Shown: piece after piece, positions 1 to 10,168 of the stretch
How positions within the stretch are numbered: position 1 is the first letter of the stretch
How the letters are laid out: the number at the start of each line of letters is the position of its first letter
DNA from: Calditrichia bacterium
Lineage (GTDB): Bacteria > Calditrichota > Calditrichia > RBG-13-44-9 > J075
NCBI GenBank assembly: GCA_050633245.1
Contig: JBOEGD010000007.1
Span: 123,593-187,592, forward strand
Length of the DNA stretch: 64,000 bases
Direction of reading: 5' to 3'
Notes under the pieces: model-generated
The model's input: only the letters and a program-made list of their open reading frames with translations
Told to the model about the DNA's origin: nothing
Database searches by the model: none
Made by a program: the position numbers and the translations under genes

Positions 1-402
1 TTCGGTCATGCTACCATCATAGCGCCATACGTTATCCATGGATGCGTAAGAAATATCAAAGACACCGTTTGTGAGTCTTGAAACCTTGATACTGCGCTGG
101 ATAAGCTGAAATAATTCAGAAGATACGGTAACAGGCTTGATACCGGCATTTCGATTTATACTACTGGTTTGCGAGGAGGGGTTCCATGATGAGATGAGGT
201 TCTCAATACGCTCTATCTCTGCAATTCCGGCATTAATCGCGTTCCAGCTGAGCGAATCGTTTTCGGCAAGTGCAATCAGCTCAAAGCGCGTTCCCATGAG
301 CTTCAAAATCTTGCGACTACTAGTTAATGAATCTTCCGGTTGCGCCGCTACTGCGCCACACCAAAGGATCATCATCATGTTAAGAAAGGAGCGAAAATAC
401 AC
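1..402 (-). CDS. apbE: FAD:protein FMN transferase (ApbE family), runs off the window edge
   Basis: Not in the ORF track. Manual translation from GTG at 402, which overlaps the upstream TAG: …KLMGTRFELIA…EIERIENLISSWNPSSQTSSINRNAGIKPVTVSSELFQLIQRSIKVSRLTNGVFDISY…, a typical ApbE N-terminal half. Confidence 0.85.
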   Translation of the reverse strand, partial: MYFRSFLNMMMILWCGAVAAQPEDSLTSSRKILKLMGTRFELIALAENDSLSWNAINAGIAEIERIENLISSWNPSSQTSSINRNAGIKPVTVSSELFQLIQRSIKVSRLTNGVFDISYASMDNVWRYDGSMTE

Positions 403-860
403 TATTTAGAGATAGCCTTTTTTATTTTGCTAATATACGCTTCCGGCGTTTCTTCGCGATAGCCGCCGAGAGTGGCGACATTCTCTTCATTCGAGTTTAT
501 CAGAACAACAAGTGGAAAAGATCCCTTCTTGTTGAAACGCTCTGCCAGACCTTCGTTGTAAGCCGTTCGTTCTGCAGAGAGCTTGTTTTTTTTCTTAGCG
601 GGAAAGTCCAGCATAACGAGCGCCAAATTGTCTGCAGCGTAGGCTTTGAAAGCATCTGTTTCCAATACAACCTTCTTCAGCTGGATGCATGGTCGACACC
701 AATCCGAGCCGGAAAAATATAGCATGATGAGCTTATCGGAATCAGCAACATGTTCTTTTGCTGCTTCCAGCGTCTCAAGCCAAATCGTCGGAGCGCTTTC
801 CTCATCGCCTGCCAACATCGGCAAGGCGAGAAGTAAGATCAAAAAGATAATTTTGTTCAT
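402..860 (-). CDS. Exported thioredoxin-family protein (SoxW/Thioredoxin_7-like)
   Basis: FSGSDWCRPC CxxC motif and signal peptide; ATG at 860 preferred over 926. Confidence 0.85.
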   Translation of the reverse strand: MNKIIFLILLLALPMLAGDEESAPTIWLETLEAAKEHVADSDKLIMLYFSGSDWCRPCIQLKKVVLETDAFKAYAADNLALVMLDFPAKKKNKLSAERTAYNEGLAERFNKKGSFPLVVLINSNEENVATLGGYREETPEAYISKIKKAISK

Positions 861-941
861 CAGTTCTCTTTCGTCAAAATTTGATATAATTCGAGTTCTA
901 AGTGCTAAGACAATATTATTTGACACTATCGTGTAAACTTG

Positions 942-1031
942 GTCAGGCTGAGCCCTTCGGCTTCGCTCAGGACAGGCTCTGTCGAAGCCCTATTGAGAGC
1001 TTATTAGTCTCTCGACTTCGCTCGAGGTGAC
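942..1031. repeat. REP-like palindromic doublet with a nested copy
   Basis: gtcaggctgagc[ccttcggcttcgctcaggacaggc]tctgtcgaagcc … ctcgacttcgctcgaggtgac; related units at 38114, 41885, 41945 and 42018. Confidence 0.75.
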
Positions 1032-1065
1032 AAAACCGGAATGTCTAACAGATCTGTCCATCTTC

Positions 1066-1464
1066 TCAATTATTCAGCGCACCATTCTCAATCCACACTT
1101 TAATAGAATCGGTAATTTCAGTGGATAACTGAGCTTCTCCACGGGGCATAATGGAGCCCTCAATATCGCCACCGACCAGCTTTAGAAACAGGTAGCTTTC
1201 TGAAGGATTGTTCGGCTCAACCTGCTCGAAGCCTTCAGAACTTCCCACGTTTACTAAGCTTGCAAAAGAACTACCGGACGTCAGGTTAGGGCGCTCATCG
1301 CCATTATGGCAACCGCTTAATGCACAGGAGCGGTCAAAAACATTTACTTGAATAGAGGAGAGGGTGGCATTGGGCACCCTGGCTTCCTGGAAGTCATTAC
1401 CATCTTCGGAACAAGCACTTAGGGCGATCAAAAATAAAATGGAAAAGATAAAGCGTGCAGCCAT
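1066..1464 (-). CDS. Lipoprotein, putative monoheme cytochrome c with a CX4CH motif
   Basis: Lipobox LSAC, CALSGCH, distal IMP, C-terminal IKVWIENGA; AAGGAG RBS before ATG 1464. Confidence 0.6.
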   Translation of the reverse strand: MAARFIFSILFLIALSACSEDGNDFQEARVPNATLSSIQVNVFDRSCALSGCHNGDERPNLTSGSSFASLVNVGSSEGFEQVEPNNPSESYLFLKLVGGDIEGSIMPRGEAQLSTEITDSIKVWIENGALNN

Positions 1465-1575
1465 TGGAAATCTCCTTGGTTCAGTCATTGATAAGACCGA
1501 TAGACGGGCGCGATATTCCGATCAGTTATCACTTCTATCCAGATCAGTCTATACTTGTTCCGTAAAAATAGGTAA

Positions 1576-2223
1576 TTATACTTCCATGGGAAGGACGTAG
1601 CGCAAGATTGCAATAAAATGAAAAAAAGAACCGGCCATGACAAACAGGTGCCAAATTGCATGATGATAGCGCAAACTTCGCCACGAGTAGAAGAGAACGC
1701 CACAAGTATATGTAAGTCCGCCAATCACCAGCCATGCAATGCCGTTTGGATGAATCGTCTGCATCATTTCGCTCATCACCAGCAGACTTAGCCAGCCCAT
1801 TGCGATATACAGAGCGGTGGACATACGACGAAAGCGTCCAATAAAAAACACCTTGAATACAATTCCCGCCAAAGCAAGCGACCAGATGATTATCAGAAGT
1901 GGCCATCCCCAGCTCTCGCGCATGTTGACCAACAGAAAAGGCGTATACGTACCGGCAATCAGTAAATAAATTCCGCAGTGGTCCAACAGCTTTAGCACAT
2001 CGCGCTTCTCCCAGTTCAGTAAACTGTGATAGAGCGTTGACGCAAGATACAAAATGGTGAGTGTGGCGCCATAGATACTAAAGCTCACAACACGCCATAC
2101 ATCGCCATACATAGATGCCAGCATGACCAATGCGGTAAGCGCCGCAATGCTAAGCGCTGTGGCGATGCCATGCGTAATGCTATTTGCGAGTTCTTCACGG
2201 AAATGATAGATACGGTCAGACAT
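1576..2223 (-). CDS. Hemolysin III / PAQR family membrane protein
   Basis: EELANSITHG, STLYH, LDHCGIYLLIAGTYTP, HAIWHLFV motifs. Confidence 0.92.
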   Translation of the reverse strand: MSDRIYHFREELANSITHGIATALSIAALTALVMLASMYGDVWRVVSFSIYGATLTILYLASTLYHSLLNWEKRDVLKLLDHCGIYLLIAGTYTPFLLVNMRESWGWPLLIIIWSLALAGIVFKVFFIGRFRRMSTALYIAMGWLSLLVMSEMMQTIHPNGIAWLVIGGLTYTCGVLFYSWRSLRYHHAIWHLFVMAGSFFHFIAILRYVLPMEV

Positions 2224-2254
2224 AATCGGAGCTGTCTTTTTAGGCTGTATGTGC

Positions 2255-2280
2255 CAACCCACGACTAAAGTCGTGGGTTG
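2255..2280. repeat. Perfect intergenic palindrome, REP-like
   Basis: caacccacgact-aa-agtcgtgggttg. Confidence 0.6.
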
Positions 2281-2327
2281 AGCATATATCGCAGGTTAAT
2301 ACAACGAATCAGATTTGTACGTGCTTG

Positions 2328-2918
2328 CTAGCGAACACGCTTGATGCTACAACCAAATGCATTGGTTTTTGCTTCTCCAACGACTTTTGCTGCCAGCAGT
2401 GCATCGAGTGCAAGACGCAGATCGCTCTGTTTTACGTACGATGCTTTTTGCGAGTCATCAATGCGCCCGTGATATTGAATGGTCTGCGACTTGTCCAGCA
2501 AAACGACCTCTGGGGTTACAGACGCATCAAAACTATCTGCCACCTTGTTGCCAACGTCCTGCAACACCGGAAAAGTAAACCCGTTCTTTGTCGCGTGCTT
2601 CTTAATACCCGGCATTTTCTCATTGCGATTGGAATTGATGCCAATAAAGGCCACGCCTTTTGCAGCATAATCATTTGCCAGTGCAACAATACGCTCATTA
2701 TACGCATTCGAAACCGGACAGCGTGTTGAAAGGAATATCAGCACCACGGCATTTTTATCACTATAATCGCTTAGGGAATGGGATTTTCCGTCGCTGCCGG
2801 GCAGCATAAAACCAGTGGCTTTCGAACCTATTTCTGCCACTCCCATGAACAGAAACGCTGCGCTTAACAGCAGTCCTGTAAGCGTCAAAAGTTTTGTCAT
2901 TTTCATCCTATTCTTCAT
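2328..2918 (-). CDS. AhpC/TSA redoxin-family (PRX-like) exported protein
   Basis: FLSTRCPVS, YHGRIDD, C-terminal FGCSIK. Confidence 0.88.
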   Translation of the reverse strand: MKNRMKMTKLLTLTGLLLSAAFLFMGVAEIGSKATGFMLPGSDGKSHSLSDYSDKNAVVLIFLSTRCPVSNAYNERIVALANDYAAKGVAFIGINSNRNEKMPGIKKHATKNGFTFPVLQDVGNKVADSFDASVTPEVVLLDKSQTIQYHGRIDDSQKASYVKQSDLRLALDALLAAKVVGEAKTNAFGCSIKRVR

Positions 2919-2998
2919 GATCTACCTCCTTTTGCCTAAAATATAGGCATTGTGCTTCTCAATATCTATAACCTACATCAATTTAGACCGGTTCCACA

Positions 2999-3039
2999 GA
3001 AAAAAGTAACAGTCTTTCGCGGGTTACCCCGTGAAAGAC
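2999..3039 (-). terminator. Rho-independent terminator after ndh
   Basis: Hairpin gtctttcacggg-gtaa-cccgcgaaagac followed by a T-run on the minus strand. Confidence 0.55.
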
Positions 3040-3121
3040 AGACCGCTACGCTGACAGGTCGCTCCTTCCGAAGTATCGGGATCGCTGTCAGAACACAGAT
3101 CGCTCTGCTGACAGACGGCTT

Positions 3122-4426
3122 TCAGCCGCTCTCCCGGAACGCCGCATACTCCGTTCCCGTAATCAACCGCGCACCACGCTTGCGGGTAAAGTAGTTAGAC
3201 GCCCATTGAAAGAGCACCAGCACTTTACTGTCAAAACCAATTAGATAAGCAATATGGATAAACACCCAAATCAACCAGGCGCTAAATCCGGAGAATCCCA
3301 TACTACCCAGTTGAGCAACAGCAGCATTACGACCAATTACCGCCATGCTGCCTTTGTCGAAATAACGAAAGGGTTTGGGTAGCGGACGATCCTCTTGCCG
3401 CTTAAGAACAAGTTTAGCGACATATTCTCCCTGCTGCATTGCAACCTGGGCTACTCCGGGTAAAGGACTATCACCCTGATGCGAGAAATTTGCCATATCG
3501 CCAATGACAAAAACACTGTCGTGGCCTTTGATGGCTAAGTTTGACTCTATCATTACCCTGCCGCCGCGATCAAGTTCAGCATGAAAGCGATCGGCGAGAA
3601 CCGTAGCAAGTGCCGATGGTTTAACACCGGCACCCCAAAGCACAGTGTGGCAGGGAATTATTTCCTCTGAGTTAGCAGATTTCACCGTTACATAGTCTTC
3701 CTGAATATCGAGCACCGGCGTATTAAGACGCACATCGACGCCCAATTTTTCAAGGGATTTCATGGCTTTTGTTGCAAGTTTTTCCGGATAACCATTAAGA
3801 ATCTGTCCACCCGCTTCAACCAGCACGATGCGGGCCTCATTGGTATGAATGGATTGAAAGTCATCTTTCAGGGTAAACGAGGCCAGCTCCCCCATCGCCC
3901 CTGCCAGTTCTACTCCGGTTGGTCCGCCACCAACAACCACAAAGCTCATCAGCGCAGCGCGTTCTTCCGGATCTTCTGATTGTTCAGCTGCCTCGAAGGC
4001 CTGAAAAATCCGCTGACGCATTTCGAGCGCATCCTCAATGGTTTTTATCCCCGGAGCCTTTTCTTCCCACTGATCATTTCCAAAATAGTGATGTCGTGCT
4101 CCAGCGGCGACCAGCAACGTGTCATAATAGAACTCCTGCTCCCCTGCCAAAACCAACTGCCTGTCCGCATCAATATCTTCCACCTGAGCCATCACCACGT
4201 CGATATTCTTGTAGCGATTCAATACGGCACGTAAAGGCGATGCTATATCACCGGGAGATAAGCCACCTGTTGCAACCTGGTAAAGCAAAGGTTGAAACAG
4301 GTGAAAGTTGCGGCGATCAATCAACGTTACCTGAACATCTTTTTTGCCAAATGCCCGGGCAGCATATAAGCCACCGAATCCACCGCCGATAATGACCACC
4401 TGGTGTTTATTCTTTGAGTTTTGCAT
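3122..4426 (-). CDS. ndh: Type II NADH:quinone oxidoreductase
   Basis: Two Rossmann motifs GGGFGG and GGGPTGVE; HLFQPLLYQVATG; AQVAMQQG. Confidence 0.92.
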   Translation of the reverse strand: MQNSKNKHQVVIIGGGFGGLYAARAFGKKDVQVTLIDRRNFHLFQPLLYQVATGGLSPGDIASPLRAVLNRYKNIDVVMAQVEDIDADRQLVLAGEQEFYYDTLLVAAGARHHYFGNDQWEEKAPGIKTIEDALEMRQRIFQAFEAAEQSEDPEERAALMSFVVVGGGPTGVELAGAMGELASFTLKDDFQSIHTNEARIVLVEAGGQILNGYPEKLATKAMKSLEKLGVDVRLNTPVLDIQEDYVTVKSANSEEIIPCHTVLWGAGVKPSALATVLADRFHAELDRGGRVMIESNLAIKGHDSVFVIGDMANFSHQGDSPLPGVAQVAMQQGEYVAKLVLKRQEDRPLPKPFRYFDKGSMAVIGRNAAVAQLGSMGFSGFSAWLIWVFIHIAYLIGFDSKVLVLFQWASNYFTRKRGARLITGTEYAAFRESG

Positions 4427-4579
4427 CTTACTTCTCCCCTACGCGTATTTCTATAATAGTTGGCCAAAACTCTTGTTATTTTTTTCACAAATACGCTTTT
4501 AACACTCAAATGTTTCAAAACTAATTTTCATGGCCTATATTAGATGCCGCTTTATAACAATTGTTACCCAGGAGGCTTC

Positions 4580-7144
4580 GTGCAAGCAGTATTTTCTATT
4601 CACCGTATCGTAATTCTTTTGCTTTTGTTTATGCTGACCCAACTTTTAGCACAGGAAAAGGAGCAAAGTCCAATGGCTCTGAATAGCTGGCTTATAACCG
4701 AATCCGCACCAATTCCAGTTCCGGCATTCCAGGAAGATCCGGCCGAGATAAAAGAACTATTGAACTCCGGCGCGCTGGACTGGCAATCGCTTCAGCCAAA
4801 ATCAGGCGCAACACTTAGCTGGAATGGAAACAATGAGTCTTCCTGGCGAGTTCAAAACGCCGAGACACTGACCTTTGCATCTTCTAAAAGTGCTCTCCCC
4901 CAGCAGGCACTTGCCGCCTGTTACGTCCAGGTTGAAAAGTTTACCAAGCTGAAAGTCACTCTGGAAAGTGCGCATCTGCTCCAGCTTTTTCTAAACGGGA
5001 GCTCTGTTGCAACAAAAGAGTCCAGCGAAAGCGAAGATGAATCGGGGAAATTAACGCACACACTTTCGTTGGAGACTGGTAAGCATGTGTTGATTATTCG
5101 CACGCTGCGCGATCCGGCGAACAGCAAAGCCTGGTCAATAAAAACGACGGTCGATCACTCCGATGTCACCGTCAGCCTTTCACCGGAAACACCGTTTAAC
5201 ATACAGCAGTTGTTGAGCAGCCCCCTAATAAGCGGAATTTCTATTTCTCCTGATGGATCGACGGCCGCAGTGAACTTAAGACAGGTTATTGGCGATGAGA
5301 AGCGCGAAAGCTGGTTGGAGCTGCGCAGCACTAAAACGGGAAGACTACTCAACTCTTATCGTGGGTTCGCTTCACTGGGCGGTATCAACTGGGCACCGAT
5401 CGGCAAACGCTTCATTTACACCTCTCGAAGCGATGGCAAGGCAACGGTTTGGCTGGTCGATCTTTCCAAGGGCAGCAGTAGAGCACTCATGCGGGATGTG
5501 GAACACTTTCGAAGCTATAGCTGGTCACCTGACGGCAGCTATATTATCTACTCAATTACCCAAAAAGCCAAGAAAGATGACCGCGGTGTGCATAAGCTTT
5601 CCACGCCACGAGACCGATGGCCAAACTTTCAGGATCGCAACTTTTTATATAAACTCGATATTGCTTCCGGTCAAAAGCAGCAGCTTACCAGTGGCAAGCA
5701 CAGCACAAATCTGTATGCAATTCATCCGCAGAAACAGACGCTGCTGATTGGTCAAACCACCGATGACTTTGCAAATCGCCCGTATACCAAAACCACTCTC
5801 AAACTTTTAACGCTCGCAGATCTATCGGTTGAAGAAATCGTCGATGTTCGCTGGATGAATCAGGCATCGTGGTCGCCGGATGGCAAGAAGCTGGTACTGA
5901 CTGGTGGCCCAAATCTGTTTGGCGATATTGGCGTGAATGTTCGCGAAGGACAAATTCCGAACGATTACGATACTCAAGCATATCTCTACGATTTGAACAA
6001 GAAAAAAGCGACTGCACTAACGCGCACGTTTAATCCATCTCTTAATTCAGTTAGGTGGAAAGACAATAATTCGCTTCTGATGAGTGTTACTGAAGGTGAG
6101 TATGCACCAATTTATTCGTACAACCTTGCGCGAAAGTCATTTAAGAAACTGAAGACTGGTGTGGACGTCGTGAGTTCCTTCGATGTCTCTACAGATGGCA
6201 AAATGATAGCTCTTTATGGCAGCGGCGTTACAAGTCCGCCAAAAGCATTTGTAGTCGACACTAAAAAGAACCAGCCTAAGCTTCTCAGCTTTCCTGCACG
6301 GCAGCAGTTTACGAATACGCGATTCGGAAATATTAAAGACTGGAGCTTTAAAAACAGCCGTGGTGACAATATTGAAGGCCGCGTGTATTATCCGCCAAAT
6401 TTTGATCCGGCAAAGAAATATCCGGCCATTGTGTATTATTACGGCGGAACCGTTCCGGTCTCCCGCTCTTTTGGCGGTCGCTATCCCTACAATCTATTTG
6501 CAGCGAATGGCTATGTTGTTTACGTGCTGCAACCAAGCGGTGCAATTGGCTATGGACAGAGCTTCTCGGCATATCATGTAAATGACTGGGGCAAGATAGT
6601 TGCTGATGAAATTATCAGCGGCACCAAGGCATTCCTTGCAGAACATAGCTTCGTAGACCGTAAACGAGTTGGCTGCATGGGGGCTTCTTATGGTGGATTT
6701 ATGACAATGCTGCTTACCACGCGCACCGACATTTTTGCAGGTGCAATATCGCACGCGGGAATTAGTTCGTTGTCCAGCTACTGGGGCGAAGGCTTCTGGG
6801 GTTATCTCTATAGCGCAGTCGCAACGGCAAATAGCTTTCCCTGGAACCGACCGGATCTCTATGTCGATCAAAGTCCGCTTTTCCAGGCAGATAAAGTGAC
6901 CACTCCCCTATTGTTGCTCACCGGTGACTCCGACACCAACGTTCCGCGTGGTGAAAGCGATCAGTTCTACGTCGCTCTAAAAGTATTGGAAAAAGAGGTA
7001 GACTATATTCGGATTGAGGGGCAGGATCATCATATTCTCGATCACAAAAAACGGATGATTTGGCAGCGCACCATCATTGCCTGGTTCGACCGCTACCTAA
7101 AAGGAGATGCTAACTGGTGGGATTCACTTTACCCGGCAGAATAA
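4580..7144 (+). CDS. S9 family peptidase (acylaminoacyl/dipeptidyl) with beta-propeller and N-terminal extension
   Basis: GASYGG nucleophile, DTNVP, GQDHH; PD40-like WSPDG repeats; GGAGG before GTG 4580. Confidence 0.9.
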   Translation: MQAVFSIHRIVILLLLFMLTQLLAQEKEQSPMALNSWLITESAPIPVPAFQEDPAEIKELLNSGALDWQSLQPKSGATLSWNGNNESSWRVQNAETLTFASSKSALPQQALAACYVQVEKFTKLKVTLESAHLLQLFLNGSSVATKESSESEDESGKLTHTLSLETGKHVLIIRTLRDPANSKAWSIKTTVDHSDVTVSLSPETPFNIQQLLSSPLISGISISPDGSTAAVNLRQVIGDEKRESWLELRSTKTGRLLNSYRGFASLGGINWAPIGKRFIYTSRSDGKATVWLVDLSKGSSRALMRDVEHFRSYSWSPDGSYIIYSITQKAKKDDRGVHKLSTPRDRWPNFQDRNFLYKLDIASGQKQQLTSGKHSTNLYAIHPQKQTLLIGQTTDDFANRPYTKTTLKLLTLADLSVEEIVDVRWMNQASWSPDGKKLVLTGGPNLFGDIGVNVREGQIPNDYDTQAYLYDLNKKKATALTRTFNPSLNSVRWKDNNSLLMSVTEGEYAPIYSYNLARKSFKKLKTGVDVVSSFDVSTDGKMIALYGSGVTSPPKAFVVDTKKNQPKLLSFPARQQFTNTRFGNIKDWSFKNSRGDNIEGRVYYPPNFDPAKKYPAIVYYYGGTVPVSRSFGGRYPYNLFAANGYVVYVLQPSGAIGYGQSFSAYHVNDWGKIVADEIISGTKAFLAEHSFVDRKRVGCMGASYGGFMTMLLTTRTDIFAGAISHAGISSLSSYWGEGFWGYLYSAVATANSFPWNRPDLYVDQSPLFQADKVTTPLLLLTGDSDTNVPRGESDQFYVALKVLEKEVDYIRIEGQDHHILDHKKRMIWQRTIIAWFDRYLKGDANWWDSLYPAE

Positions 7145-7783
7145 TTAGCGCTCGAACACCATCACGCCATTGCCCAAGGTAATATCGCGAAACGGCAGAT
7201 TACTGAGCATATCCAGAATCTGCCGTTGTCCACTAGACTCCAGCATATCAACGGCATCCTTTAAAGAATATTCGAACAGGCCCAGCTGAACTATTGCCTG
7301 ATCATCAAATGTTAATCGTCCTTCCTCATTCAATCGCGGTCGGCCTGAGGCACTAACAAATAAATTTCCATCGGATAGAGCTGATAATTGCGCAATAAAT
7401 GGTTTGGCATATTCATACGACTTCGGCAGATCATCCCATGGAATTTTTTCGGCATCAATCACCATTTCAAGCGCTACTTTATCCGGCTTAATGCTCGATC
7501 TCAACCCCTTAATCAACTCATCACTTTGCTCGCCAAACTGAGTGTTGATTTTCTCCCGAAGCATGGTGCTGATATCGCTCTCGGCAATTTCCACCTTCTG
7601 TTCTGTTCGCAGCTGCTCTTGAACCTCTTCCACACGCTCAGCGGCCTCCTCAGCAGGAAGAACTGTCTCTACCGCTTCCCCCTCCAAATACCAATCTGGC
7701 AACGCCTGTTCATTGGATAGCCAATAGTAACCACCACCAGCCAAAAGAAGCAGAATGAGTAATAGCTTTATCAGAGTTTTCAT
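7145..7783 (-). CDS. Hypothetical membrane-anchored protein
   Basis: N-terminal hydrophobic anchor MKTLIKLLLILLLLAGGGYYW. Confidence 0.7.
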   Translation of the reverse strand: MKTLIKLLLILLLLAGGGYYWLSNEQALPDWYLEGEAVETVLPAEEAAERVEEVQEQLRTEQKVEIAESDISTMLREKINTQFGEQSDELIKGLRSSIKPDKVALEMVIDAEKIPWDDLPKSYEYAKPFIAQLSALSDGNLFVSASGRPRLNEEGRLTFDDQAIVQLGLFEYSLKDAVDMLESSGQRQILDMLSNLPFRDITLGNGVMVFER

Positions 7784-7959
7784 ATATGATGCATCTCCAT
7801 AAATTTTCACTATTAGAATCGGCAACTGTTGCAATTCACGCAAGACAAACTTATCTTCAGACAATTTTACTCCAATACTGCTCCTTTACGCAAGTTTTCA
7901 TCTGAAAACTGCCTCATCTTTTAGATCAGGGAGCCGGAGTAATTTATCCGGAGAACACT

Positions 7960-9102
7960 ATGGGAAAAGAACAGGGAAAGTCTGGGATCAGGCGCTACTT
8001 TTCAGTAGAGCATCCGCTGGTTAAACGGCCAGTGAACGCCTATATTAAATACCGAAAGTTCCTTCCGCTTGTGGCCTTCTTCACAGGATTTGGATGGGAT
8101 AGTTTTACACTGCGTCGAATCGATGCTTTCCTTGATAATATGATCCTGCTCTGCTACCTTCTGCTGCTTGGTTCGTTGATCCTTGTTTTTCATTTAGTCG
8201 ACAAACGCGTTTTGAAAAAAGACTTCCTGGATGCACGCCTTGAATGGTTCCCAATCGCGATTCAGTTCTTTGTCGGCGGCTTGTTTAGCGCCTATGTGGT
8301 GTTTTACTTTCACAGTGCTTCCCTTAGCAAAACAGCTCTCTTTTTTATCGTTTTGGTTGGACTACTTGTTGCCAATGAGTTTTTGAAAGAACGTCTCACC
8401 AATATGTACATGCAAATGGGTTTATTCTTTCTGGCATCCTTCTCATTTTTCACCTTCTTTCTTCCCGTGGTTCTAAAAGAAATGAATGGCTACATCTTTT
8501 TGCTGGGTGGCGTTATTAGTCTGGCAATGGTGTGGGCGCTATTATTCTATTTACTCTACCGCTCTGCCATCCGCAGTAAAGAGCAATATTGGCGCATTTG
8601 CGGCATGCTGGTGACTATGTTTCTCGTAATGAACTTGTTTTATGTTCTCAACTGGATTCCCCCGGTGCCGCTATCCCTTAAGTCGGGCGGAATTTATCAT
8701 CACGTAGAGCGAATCGAAGGGCAATACAAACTAAAGTATGAATCACCTAGCTGGTATCAGTTTAGCAAGAAGTCTGATAACCCATTTAGCTACGCTCCCG
8801 ATGATACCGTGTTCTGTTTTACCGCGATATTTGCTCCAACCAAGTTGCGAAAAAAGGTCTACCATCACTGGCAACAATATTCCGAGAAGCGTGGAGAGTG
8901 GATAACGACCGATAAACTAAGTTACCAGATAACCGGGGGCAGAGATGGTGGATTTCGGGGGTACTCTTTCAAGAAAAACATCCAGCCCGGGGATTGGCGG
9001 GTTGATGTAAAAACCGAGGATGAGCTCTTGCTCGGACAAATTCGCTTCAGCATCCAACCAGTCGATAGCGCGACCTATAAACTGGAGACCATTTTTCGCT
9101 AG
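7960..9102 (+). CDS. DUF2914-domain membrane protein
   Basis: Multi-TM N-terminus; C-terminal IFAPT…GGRDGGFRGYSFK…GDWRVDV. Confidence 0.82.
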   Translation: MGKEQGKSGIRRYFSVEHPLVKRPVNAYIKYRKFLPLVAFFTGFGWDSFTLRRIDAFLDNMILLCYLLLLGSLILVFHLVDKRVLKKDFLDARLEWFPIAIQFFVGGLFSAYVVFYFHSASLSKTALFFIVLVGLLVANEFLKERLTNMYMQMGLFFLASFSFFTFFLPVVLKEMNGYIFLLGGVISLAMVWALLFYLLYRSAIRSKEQYWRICGMLVTMFLVMNLFYVLNWIPPVPLSLKSGGIYHHVERIEGQYKLKYESPSWYQFSKKSDNPFSYAPDDTVFCFTAIFAPTKLRKKVYHHWQQYSEKRGEWITTDKLSYQITGGRDGGFRGYSFKKNIQPGDWRVDVKTEDELLLGQIRFSIQPVDSATYKLETIFR

Positions 9103-10136
9103 CGAAAGAAGGCTCCGGTATCATATCCCTGATCGCGCAAATATTGATCACGCTTTTCCAGAAGTTTAAGGATCGATTCAATAGAAACGCCAAAGGTCAC
9201 GCCATATTTAATCAGCTTGCGCTCCCGAAAGTAGAGGTTGTCGCGATACGGTCGATGAACCGGAAATGCGGCATAGTCCGTGCCGGGAGTCGGGGCCAAA
9301 ATAATCTCTTCCTCTGCAGCAACTGAAGTTAAAATTCCCACCAGCTCAAAGTTTGGCATACCGTCTCGCAGTGCCAGAACAATACCGCCGCTAAATCCAC
9401 GATTAAACATACCATCAACCAGGAAATCGTGTTCCCTATTTCTATTTGGACTGCTGATAATTCCTGAGGTGATCATCTTTTTTCCGGCGGGATAACCAAG
9501 CATGTAAACGAAGTTGCCCCAGCTAAGCTCCCTTGCCGAACCTGTAGGCAGTCGCAATACCGGCAGGGGTAATTGAGGCGGCTCATCCAATCGACCACCC
9601 ATTATGGCAATATCATTATCCCGGTCAACCGCAATCAACTCAAATTCAGCATTATATCGGAAGTTCACAAGACGATTGGTTTGGCGCTTTTTGATCGACA
9701 CGCTACTCACAATTGCATTTGCCGGATTATCAGAGGCATAGAATTCGTATAGGGTATCCGGAAAATCCACAACATGTGCACAGGTCAACAATGCAACGCG
9801 CAAGCTTTGATGGTAAATTAGCGTTGCCGTTCCCACACTAAAATCCTGATAGACGCTGCGTGTATTTTTCTTCTCTTTTAAGAGATTTTTTGTGATTCTC
9901 CCCGGCACAATGCCATCACTTGCTTCAAATGAATAGCGGTCGTAAAAAACATGCGCGTTAAGCAACTGTACGCTTTCCATTAGCCGCTCAATAACTTCTG
10001 GTTTGTAGTCCAGAGGAAAACCGATATCGTATTTTCCATCAACGATTCGCTGATGCGGTGCAATCACCGTCTTTTGACAACCGGTGCTTAGAATTGCCAG
10101 CAACAATACGATCAGAATCAGACACGCTCTTGCCAT
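9099..10136 (-). CDS. Trypsin-like serine protease, probable lipoprotein
   Basis: LTCAHVV, DIAI, NRGFSGG catalytic triad motifs. Confidence 0.8.
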   Translation of the reverse strand: MARACLILIVLLLAILSTGCQKTVIAPHQRIVDGKYDIGFPLDYKPEVIERLMESVQLLNAHVFYDRYSFEASDGIVPGRITKNLLKEKKNTRSVYQDFSVGTATLIYHQSLRVALLTCAHVVDFPDTLYEFYASDNPANAIVSSVSIKKRQTNRLVNFRYNAEFELIAVDRDNDIAIMGGRLDEPPQLPLPVLRLPTGSARELSWGNFVYMLGYPAGKKMITSGIISSPNRNREHDFLVDGMFNRGFSGGIVLALRDGMPNFELVGILTSVAAEEEIILAPTPGTDYAAFPVHRPYRDNLYFRERKLIKYGVTFGVSIESILKLLEKRDQYLRDQGYDTGAFFR

Positions 10137-10168
10137 AAGACTCTTCCTCCGCCAAACCTCGTATAAGG

